The notes below the pieces were generated by a model. That model ran no database searches. It saw only the letters and a list, made by a program, of their open reading frames with translations, and had not been told where the DNA came from. Positions 49,174-61,100 of a DNA stretch of 64,000 nt are shown here, in pieces. Position numbers and translations under genes: made by a program. Positions within the stretch are counted from its first letter, which is position 1. Every line of letters begins with the position of its first letter. Source of the stretch: Ascidiella aspersa (Eukaryota); the NCBI GenBank assembly GCA_963924565.1, contig OZ004613.1:11594001-11658000 (forward strand), written 5' to 3'.

Positions 49174-52100
49174 ATGTCATCCCATGACTCTTGGTATCGA
49201 AAGTCATCAGACAATGATGAAGAAGAAGAAGAAATACTTCTATCAGAAATGGGAGAGCAGAATGATCAAAGTCCTCTTTTGGAGCCTGGTAGCAATACAT
49301 TACCAAGAATGAGGTACAGGTATAATGCCAATTTTTATTTGCTTTGCTTTAGGAAAAGTTTCAACTGCTTGCTGACTGATGCTGCGATTATGATCAGTTC
49401 AACAGAGATGGAACCTAGTCGAACTGTTTTTAAAACTTTGTCTGCTTCGGTTGGACCAAAATCCTGCCCGCCAAGAAGTTTATTATGGCCCTATGCTTAT
49501 TTTCCAAAACTACTTTTTCAGTATTTTCTGCACTAATCTGACAATGCATCTGCAACTCTATCCTAGCCTGTAATTTAAGGAAATGTTCACTTTGAAGTCG
49601 ATAAAGCACATAACTAAAAATAAGTGCAAACTTTTATATGTTTGGTTCACTCATTTTTAACATATATATACTCCACTAATCTCTCCTTTTGTTTTACCCG
49701 TTTTTAGGCATCCTTACAGACAAAAGGCTCCTTCTGTACTGTGGGCTTTGGCATTCTTTTTTTTTGTATATTTTGTGTGTTGAACGAATGTATTCCATCT
49801 TCTGAACGAACATTAATAGAATGGCCTTTTAATGCTATTAATATTTGACACTTTGCGGGATGTCTTTTAGCATAACATTCACACACAAATTCAATGTTAC
49901 AACAGGTTTCTTAAGCTTACTTGTTTTAAAGTGTCACAGTATAACATATACTGTGTATGTTTTAGATCCTATTTGTGATCGGCTCGCCATAATATTTTAT
50001 GTTTTTCATGCAGCTCGCTGTAAATAATTGCCCACCCCTCACCCCTGCAATAGAATCTGCAATTAGACCAACTGAATTGACACTTAAATTATGCAAATAA
50101 AATATTTTTTTCGCATTAGGCAGTAAAAATTGGCCCAGGGCTAAACAGCACCTTTTTTCTAAAAGGTTTGTGTTCCTTAAAAAGGAAACTAAAATTTGTT
50201 AAATAAATAAATAATTTTTGTTAAAACCGAAAAATCTTCTCTGTACGTTTAAGGTACAAGATGCTGTAAGAACATAATGCTCATTGCCTTAGGGAAGCAG
50301 GGCACAGTAGGTTAATATTACATGTTTATCTTGTGTGTTACTTGAAGTGAGTAATTTTGCTCACAATACTTTTACTAATCTGTATGGCGGACGGGAGTGT
50401 GATGTTTTTTTAATAAAGCAAGTAGATATTAGTTATGATTGTCTGTTTTATATCTTGATTTAAACTCTGTTTAAGATACCTGCGAATAAAATCGTATTGT
50501 GTCAAATCTGTTGGCAGTAGGGTTTATATCAAGGGTGACTATAATGCTTCTTCTTTTATACCCTTAAATGCTTTGGCAAACAACCACACTAAGTTGGTTG
50601 ATCCCAAAATAACATATGGCTACTCCCTTGGTAAACAACCTGGTGTGCTTATAATTGTGGTCATACTGTGGTATTTCATTCTTGACTTAGTGACTTTACC
50701 GTTCAGTTCTGTAAAAATACTTGTATGTATCAGTAGAAAAATAAGTTGGTATGGGTGTGTTTTTTTACTACACTATATGTTATACAATTTGTTAACAAAA
50801 AAGTAGGCTTTTATTGTAAAATATTCTATTGTGCACTAAAGCTTTGACAGGATATGAATTAGGTTTCCTGTTAGATATTTAAACATGTTTTTTGTAGAGC
50901 TAGTGACTAGCTATTACAGTAAAGGTATTATATAATATACTGTTTATCATGAAAATGTTCCACAGGACAATTTTCTAAACTCTACAAAATTGTTAGCAAA
51001 TTTAAAGCATTTTATCATGGATTTAAGAAAAAGGTTAATATTGTTGTTTATAGATATTTTTTTAACCGTTCGTTTTACATTAACATAAACGCTTTGGAAA
51101 AGAGGGTAAACAGTAATGTTTGTTCAAACACAATACAGCGCAAATCAATACATTTTAGTTCATTTAATTTTGGTATTTGTTTAATATTCCTAATATAATA
51201 CCACCTTACTATTTTATATATATGTAAGAAATGTTACGTACACCCATTTTTAGGGCTGATTGTGTAGCATTCAGCAAGCAAAACTTTTAAATTTGAATTT
51301 GAAATAACTCTTTTTACCTTTGGCTATTTTTTACAGTTTTAAACTGTAATTTTTATAGCTGTGTTTGTGATTTAAGAATATTGACTTTAAACTTAGAATA
51401 TAGGTATTTTATCTTAAAGAAAATAGTTTACTGTAGAAAATATTTTAAATTTGATGTTACCATTAACATTGTTACCCTTAGATTCTCACAACCTACAACA
51501 AGTCAACATTCAAAGGTGAGCGAAAGACAAAGGGAAGAGAGAAAGTACAAATACTCCCTTGTTTCTGTCCTAGTGATTGGCATATGCTTACTTCTAATGG
51601 TCAGCATTGGGCTTGGTTACAGAAAATGTGAAGGTGTGTTTCCATCTAGTTATTAAAAAGCAAGTATTATCATACTGCTATATATATTTAAAATGGTTGA
51701 AAAATGTGTTTATTACCTTTGAAAAAGAAAGTAAAACTGTTGTAAAACTGTAATATTGATGTGACCTAAATTTAGTTTTCTTAAATCTATTTTATACTGC
51801 GGTTTTAACATCTTTCTTAAAACAAATGTAAGATAATAATAGTTCTATCCATCTGGAAACAATATATTGTAATCTCTTTGTTTTTTATAGTTGATTCTGG
51901 TCCTGCGAAACCCACTGCAGCAGGTCATAAACAGGCTGTTTGTTTGGATAATGCAACCAAATTTCCTTTCCCATGGCAAGGTTACAGGTAGATAACTTTA
52001 TTTATATGTTTTTCCAGTATATATCTTGAAGTTATAATAAAATGAATAAAGTTATTTTTTTAATATTGTAATGACGACACAAAGCTTATGCAATTTTAAA

Positions 52101-55100
52101 ATTTGCAATGAGTGTGCCCCTTAGCAAACCCCAATTAGGTTTTGCAAGTTAATAACATGATAAAAATGAATAATTAGTAGGCCCCTTTGGTTAATTCTTT
52201 GTCAATATTTATTCACTGTGGTTTCCTTTGTTTCATGACTGTTCTATTCAGATTGCCAACTGTGATTTTGCCCTTGGAGTATGACATCTTTCTGCAGCCA
52301 AACATCACAACCCAGAAATGCACGGGTGAAGTCACTATGACATTGGAAGTATCTGAATCAACCCATGACATAATTCTGCACAGTGCAACCACTCTTAAAA
52401 TTATAGATGTGTCATATTCAACAGAAAATGGCAAGATAAAACCTGTTCAAACCATGTATTGTGTAAAAAAAGAGATGCTTGCATTCCGATTTGAAAAAGC
52501 ACTTGATGCTGGGATGGTGTATAAGCTAAAAATCAATTTTTCCTATGATCTTGTTTTCGGTCTTGAGGGATTCTATTTAAGTCGCTATAAAAAATCCACT
52601 GGAGAAGATATGTTGATTGCAACAACCCAATTCGAACCAACTTCTGCCCGGGCTGCTTTTCCCTGTTTTGATGAACCTGCATTTAAGGTTTATAGCTAGT
52701 TTTTAATTTATTCCAATTGTTTTGGTGGAAAATTATTATGTTACTAGTTTACTATGTGTATTTTGGTGTTTGGACATGTTAATCTTTTTAGTGTTTTTAC
52801 AATACTAATGCTTTTAAACTTTTAAGTATATATATATATATATTTGATTGAAATTCGGCAATATGCTGTATCCACAAAATATTGGTGTTAATTAGGATTT
52901 TTGTGTTAAAATATAAGTACATGATTTTTATCCTGGTTTATTTACATTTTGAGACTATAACTTTTGCTAAACTGCCATTTTATAGCTGTTTTAGTTAAAA
53001 CAATATGCCCTCACTATAGCAAGAATTCATTAGAATTTTTCATGCTAAAAGACAAAATAGATTTATTACAACATGTTTGGAGAAATATTTTTAATGTTTT
53101 AACACTGAGATGCTTACTGCTTTCCCTATACAGCCTTAGGCCTCTACAGCTGATAAATAATTGATGCATGTGCATTAAAACTACGCTCAGAATATTTTAT
53201 TAGAAGTTGTTTTCTGTTCTGACTGGCATATTTTATTTTGTGGATTTAAACTTGAGCCTTTGCTTGTGGAAATGTTTTAACATTTATTTAATTATTACTG
53301 GTAAATATTGTTCCTCTGTTGATGTGTGCCTACTACTTTTATCATCACTAGTGTTGGATTTGTTTTTATACTGATTATTATAAATTATTTATTAAGTAAT
53401 GTGAAGTGCAATCACCACATTATTTTATAAAAATGTTGCAATAAAAAAAAAAATATTAGCATAATATTATATCAACAAAATATATATTAATGTGCATTTG
53501 AACCTTGTTAAGGATCACAGTAGATGCAGAAATTTGAAGAGTCTGCACAAAACAAAGCCCAATTTTAATATTATATGTGGAAAATAATATTTTTATATAC
53601 TTTATAGGTCAATGTGTCACTCAGCCTGGTCAGAGAGAAGCAGTACAACACTTTATTTAATATGCCTCTTTCCTTGTCAAAGCCGTATGCAAACGGAGAC
53701 CTTGTGATTGATATTTTTCCTCCAACACCAAAAATGAGCTCCTATTTAATTGCATTTGTGGTTTCTGACTTTGAAGATGTGTCTAGCTACTCAAAATCTA
53801 GGGTCAAGGTTTGTGCCACTATTATTCTATGTTTTAATAATCTATACATAAATTGAACTCGAAAAAATGCTGACGCCGCACTTACACAGGTATTTATCCA
53901 AATTTGCTACATGCGCATTGCGCATGTACAATTAAACACAACCTCATGCGGTAAATCAGTAAATTTTATCGCATCCAATTATCCATTATAAACAGCAAAA
54001 TTGAATATGTATCCAGTTTGGATTTAAATCTAAAGATCCGATATTCTACTTTGAACAACCTTAGTCAAGCATACCGAAAAGCAAGCTAAGGTTTCAAATG
54101 TGTCGAAAGTACAAGGGAAGTGTTTCAATACATTTTTCTGTGTCACAAAAATCCATATTTTGTATTGCAATGTAGCAAAGTAAAAAAATTTGAAGCACTC
54201 TAGTGTTACAAAAGTTTTGTGCCACGTTTTAAACTTACTTTAAATGTTTTCTACATAAAAGCGTTGGTTGAGCACTTAAAACAATCAAATGTAACCGTTT
54301 ATTTAGGTGTCCGTATTTGCCTCACATGACAAAGTTGGACAGCTTGATTTTGCCCTTACCACTGCTGTTAAGGTCCTGGATTTTTATGAAGATTTTTTCA
54401 AAATTCCTTTTCCTCTTCCAAAAATGGACCTTGTTGCTATACCTGACTTTTCAGCAGGTAATTTCTCCAGTTGCAATAAGTTTTAAACTAAAAAACTTCT
54501 TGTTTTAAGTATTTTAGGATTGTCTTTAAAATTTTTATATTTTAGTTAAATTGTATTTTAATGTTTATTAACTTTAGGGCAATATGTTTGAAGATTGAAA
54601 TGGAAAATGAATATCAACCCCCATACAGAAATAAAAATCATATTTTGATTTTTAGCATGTAAAATGAGTTAAGATTAATTAGGCCATTTAATCTGTGCTA
54701 CCTGCTATATTAATTCCACATGCTTGTTAACTATGTGAATACAAAAGTACTTGTAAATTAGTTTTGTGCAAAACTTTTATTGGAGGTGAAAAAAGTATTA
54801 CTATGAATAGTATACCATCCGAACAACATCTAAAGAATTTCATAAACTGCATTGTACTATTATTATCTACATAAAGGTATATTAAAACAATAGGCTAGTT
54901 AAAGGTCTATCCAGTGATATATAGATGTGAAATTGACCGTATGTTGAAGAACCCCAGTCTACATTCCTCATTATCCGATTAGATTCTCAATATTAAAATG
55001 TGGTTGATTTTTGGTAGAAGTAAGACGTTCCCTTTATGACACATTGTTAAATATATTAAAAGGGTGTATATAATGCATAGCTCTAAATAAACTCTAAGAC

Positions 55101-58100
55101 ATGTTCCCTTTATGACACATTGTTAAATATAATAAAAGGGTGTATATAATGCATAGCTCTAAATAAAAGCACATACACATATGTGTACAAGAACTGTGAT
55201 TTACCCTTCTGAGGTCAATTTTTGACTCATGGCTTAGGTGTCATTTGACACCAAAAGCCTTACACAAACTAACTGAATAAATCGGTGATTGATGCTCACA
55301 AAGCAGGTAAGAAAAACAACTACCCTGTGGTGAGTACAAACTCACAACCAACACTCTACCTCAACTAAACTACACAGGCTCAGAGGGGGCGAGTCAAGAA
55401 ACTTGATCATTGATTAAATGATTTAGTTAGCCTTTTAAAGGCTTTTATTGTAGCACAAAATGAATTCTATGCTCCCGAGTGCTAGCTTCAGAGCTAAGAT
55501 ATTGGTGGATTTAAAAGGACAAACAGAGAAAATGCCATTTAGCATTCCTAAACTATCATTAGACCTAAAATTTGCTTGATGTACCTGAAAAGCCTTCGCG
55601 TAATACTAGTCAAACAATGTTGTAATTGAACCATAATACTCTTTTAAAAAGTAACTTTTTGAAGGTGCAATGGAAAACTGGGGTTTAATCACATACAGGG
55701 AAACCGCAATACTCTATGACCCACTTACATCATCGATAAGCGATCAAGAGTGGGTAACTATTGTAATAGCTCATGAAATATCGCATCAATGGTTTGGAAA
55801 CCTTGTAACAATGGATTGGTGGAATGACTTATGGCTGAATGAAGGTTGGTATGTTTACCAAATTTTAAAATCGTGAATAATTAAAATGACCAACCTAAAT
55901 GGGTATTTTTAACTAGGTTTTGCAAGCTTCATGGAATACTTTGGTTCAAATGGAGTTTACCCAGAGTGGCACATGATGGATGAATATCCCTTGGCTCATG
56001 TTTATCGGGCCATGTCCACTGATGTTTCACGGCATACGCACCCAATCTCAGTTACTGTAACAAACTCAGCCGAAATCAGCGAAATTTTTGATGACATTTC
56101 GTATTCTAAAGGTCTGTTTGTGTAGAAGTGTTCAAAGTATACAAAAACCATAAAATGAGATAAATTCTGAAAGGTAAAGTCTCATACAGAGTTCTTTGCA
56201 AAACATGCAACTTTTCCTCAAAATATTAGTGTAATATTTCCAAATTTATTTAAATTAGGATCTCACAATATATTGTAGGCTGTGGCAAAAAATTGTCAAT
56301 TTAATTTGTTTCCCCAGAAATGACACCTCAATCAAATATTAGCATAATAATAAACAAAATTACTGCAAAGTGAGAACCTCACAATGTAATGCAGTTCCAA
56401 TTACAGTGCTGATTTAAAAAAAAAAAGTATTGTTGTTAACTTAATTTGTTTCAGGTGGCTCCCTGATTTCTATGCTGAAAGACTACTTTGGAAAGTTCTT
56501 CTTTGAAGGTGTGAATACCTATTTGCGACAGCATGCTTACGGTAATGCAAACAACAAAGATTTGATTAAAGCGGTTGCTGATGCTGCTCTTCCCAAAACT
56601 GTTGATATACAAGTATGAAACAAATGTTAATATTTTAATTTATTATGGGATTTCATTCTGTCATGTCAATAAGCAATTTTAAGTCGTTTAAATGTTGTGT
56701 TAGCCTATGGAATGTATACAGCTTGTCACGATAAACCAGGTTAGTAATTTAAGGAAAATAACTCCCCAAGAGTTGTGCCAAAGGTGCAATTTTTTTTGTG
56801 ACATTAAGCAATACATAAGGATGAGGCAAACTACAATTTGTTGGCTCACATGTCTGCTTTTCTTAATCGGACATTGTTTCATAGATAAGCGTTTTGAGCA
56901 AACTCATGTGATTAAAACCAGTTTAAATACGCCTAGCATGAAAAACAATTGCATTTATTTGGTTAAATTTGCAAAATTTTTCAAGTGACACATTAGGTAC
57001 CTAACAGAGATTCGCATATTGCTCGAAATAAAGGTATTTATAGTCCAATTTAATGGAAATTGTTTGCCATGGTTACATAGCGCAACATGCCATAATCATA
57101 GTATGCATTGGGCTTTTGTGCTGATTAGATTTGTGCAACACAGATACACATACAACACAAACAAAGTTTGCACGAAGCCTTAAACTTTTTTGCATTTACA
57201 TGTTTAAAACTGACAAAAACTATACTTTATTCGAGTGGAAAAGGATGGCCTGGTGTGCATGTATTACAACTATTCTGATTACTTTGTCAATATGCAAACA
57301 CACAACAATCTGCCTAGCACTGCCCTTTTTCCCAATAAATAACGTTTTTCGCACAGTTGGTTTTTCAGAATTGCACAACAAAATTGAATCAATTCCCAAC
57401 AATTGTAGTGTGGAGCATTTCTTCCTGTTGATCCTTTAAAATATATATTAGATTGAATATGTGTGAAAACAACAACAAGTTTTTTTTGTGTTTTTTTTAA
57501 ATAAATCTAATTTTTGCACCAATTTCTTTGGTTTGCTGTCTAATTGCTATACTACTTTATATTTTTTCCAAACTTGAAACCCTACATTTGGTTAAAAGTA
57601 AAGGCGTGAGAGCTAAGCTGAATGTTGTTCTTTCTGTGACAAAATAAACAAATTGATAAAATTTAAGGTTCAAACTTAATATTTTTAAGATCACAGAGTT
57701 CTACATGTATGTATGCATCTTTGATTGACTTGGATATGGGTATGTTGTATGGCCAGAGGTTGCGAGTTCAAACCCCATTGCAGGCTAGTTTTTTTTTCTA
57801 GCCTACCTTACTTGCATTATTGCTCAACAGATTCGGTGAGTCTGCGATGCCCTTTGGTTTACTAATAACATGTAAGCCGTAATTGTTGGTCAAAAAGCAG
57901 CTTCAGAAGTACTGCTTTACAGTTATTAAACACATATATATGTGACTTGTGTCTGTATCTTTTTTTGAATAGTAATATGGTGCTGTAGATTCCCTTCCAC
58001 AAGAGGTTTCTTATACTAACAAGATGCAGCGAGCAATGGTGTCATTGTTGTTCCTTGACATGCTCCCCTCTTGAGCCTGTGTAGCTCAGTTAGTAGAGCA

Positions 58101-61100
58101 ACAATCCCATTATGGCTAGAGGTCGGGGATTTGAACCTCACTGCAGACTAGTTGTATTTATAGCCTACTGAATCTTAATCGACTGATTTGGTTAATCTGT
58201 CGAAGGCTTCTGGTGTTAATGTTTTTAGGTTTTAAAGTCACAATTTGTTTTTTTTTAAAGCTAAGTTGTGTTCGACTGTTAACTTACTACTTTCTAGAAT
58301 TTTTTTTTCAAGATAAAAACCATGGGTTGTATCGCAAATCATGACTGTAACGCATAGATAAAGTTGATCCTGACTAACACTTATTCCACTTTAACAAGTA
58401 TTAATACTACAGTTTGGCATCGGTTATTAGTTCAGATCCAATGCTATTTGACATTCTTGTTTTATGATCATTATGTTTTAATCCAGTGATTAAAAACGAT
58501 AACTGTAATACGCCCGGATGCCTAACAAAATACTGCATTCTTTACAAATGTAAATTTTATTAAAGCTCTTTTTAATAATCAACATATGATATGATGTATT
58601 TTACAGGCTATGATGGATACATGGACAACAGCCCCAGGATTCCCAATTGTCACTGTAACGAAGGCGGACAATGGCAAAGTAATTAACATTTGTTTATACT
58701 TATGCTAATGATAATATATTTTATAATCCCTGGTATGTATATAAAGTCATTCTGAGCAGGATGATTTACCAGTATTGTTAAACAAGGGTGAAAAGATTTT
58801 TTCTTTTTTTAACAGATTAAGATTGAACAGCAAAGATTTCTCTACTCTATTGGCAAGCAGGACACCACTTCTCTTGGCACCATTTGGCAAATTCCGTTGT
58901 CATATATTACTGACATCAACCCTAAAACCATCAATCACCATCTGCTCGTAAAGCAATCCACTTTTGTTGATGCTGACTTCAATTCTTGGATTAAATTCAA
59001 CCACAACGAAGCAGGATATTATTTGGTAGTAGATATATTACATTAGTGTACGAAAAATCATGTTGATCTTAATTTGTATTGTACGATAGGACTATAAAAC
59101 TATACTTTTAGAACCAACGACATAGTAAAACCAAATACGCAGCAATATCCAGTACAGAATAAGATCGAAATCTGCCGGAATACATTTTAAATTCATCCGA
59201 ATAAGCCCTAAATGGCAAGAATAACACCAGGAACCGTAGGTAGAGGGTATGGGATGATCAGGGCTGGTTGGTCTGGCATCGGCCGTTTTAATGACGACGT
59301 TAGTACTCCCTAGTTTGACCGGTCCTTTTTGAGCGGTGCTGTTGTGGCATCAGATTTTTGGTCCTGTGTGGGGTTATTGGTGGGTAATGGGTGGGGTTAG
59401 AAAATGGATTAGGGTTGAAATTATTAGGGGAGTTAGTGATGGGGGTTTTAGCTTTGGTTAAGTGTTGTTTATGCCTGATTCTGACCATTAAGGTCTTATT
59501 CCGACGAATTTAGGGCTTATTCCAATTTAAACGGTACTATGTACCTTAGGTTTTAGTCTTATTTTGTATTTTATTCTGCACTGTGTTTTATTCTGACGTT
59601 GATGTTGTTCTTATCTTGGTCTAATGGCTAAAGTCCTTTGAAACATATACAAAATGTACAATTGGGTGCCATAGGAATTATTTTATGCTTCTAAGAGTAC
59701 TTAGCAGCTGGCTTGATGCTTGTAGTGCTATTGTGGTATAAAGTTCAATTTATTTTGCAAATGCTTCAAGGTAACCTATGAAAAAAGCATCTGGACAAGT
59801 CTTTCAAAGCAATTACAAAAGGACCACACCATTTTTACCCCAAATGACAGAGTGGGTCTTATCGGAGATGCATTTGCCGCCGCACATACAGGCCAGCTAT
59901 CCTACGCAGATGTGTTTGAAATGATACAGTTTATCAAAAAGGAAACAAACTATGTTGTGTTTGTGAAAGCACTTAGCTCACTTTTCAATATCAAGAATAT
60001 TCTCAAGTAAGTGATCATGATATTTTTGTGTATATGTTTATTACTGTTTTATATTTCATTTTACTAGCTTTTGTTATCACTGCAAAAGTTTTGCTTTTAA
60101 ATTCCATATTGCAATTTTTACATTTTATCAATGCACCATACGTTTTATAAACCTGCCTGAGGTTTAGACAACACCAGACAATGAAAACTGCCTAAACAGT
60201 GTAATTTATTTTTGGATTTATTGTGTTATGTTTAGTAGTTGTAATGTGTTTTGAAACAAAATCTTTTTTGCCTTTTTATTGGTTGTTGACAAAAATGTTT
60301 AAACTACATTTATTTAAAGATTTCAGCTGGATGAAAAAACCCACAAAAAGATGAATGGTTTTATTGCCTACCTTCTTCAACCAATGTATGATAAGATTTC
60401 ATGGAAGGATGATAAAGGCCTTGATAGGCAGCAGGCAAAGTTACAAGCAAAAATAACAACAAGTATGCGCAAGTAAGTAGCAATCATAAATGACCAACAA
60501 AGCGCCAAATTCAACCCATTTTCATGGTTGGGCTGAGGTAAGCCCAGACTGTTGAAGTGTCAATTTTAAATGATCTTGTGATATTTATGAAAGTTTATGA
60601 TATTTTGAGGTCAAATTAACCCTAATTGCTGATAGTAGAGCAAAATAGGAAGCCATGTGTCAGGGGTCTGCAACCACAAATGACACGCTAATGATTAAAC
60701 TCGCAAGTTATATCACCTTAGGAAAGTACAACCATTACATCACTTACACTAGCACTAACCAAATGATTGCACATATTTCTAGTTCGATCTCCTGTGTTTG
60801 TGTCACAATTTGGTGTCATAACTGTTTTATTTAACATTATTTTTGGGGATGTTAAACGTGTTGATTACGGCTAACTGTTCGTATTACGGCTAACTGTTTG
60901 TATTGCGGCCACAATGCCGAGCTTGATGTTTACTGTGTTAAGTGGCATGACGTTTACTGCATTCTACATTAAAAGTAAGCAAGTGTGTTTTGTGCGACAG
61001 AGAAACCAAGCTAAAAGTCAAACTAATAGTTTCTGGGTACATCGGCTTGAAAAGCGTCGGAGTATATTTCAAAATGACGAACACAGTATTGTGTACGTTA

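Noticed and set aside
58075-58150. Possible functional tRNA gene
   Set aside because: A and B boxes are present, but the anticodon and acceptor stems do not close, and a diverged second copy shares a non-tRNA tail. Treated as a SINE.
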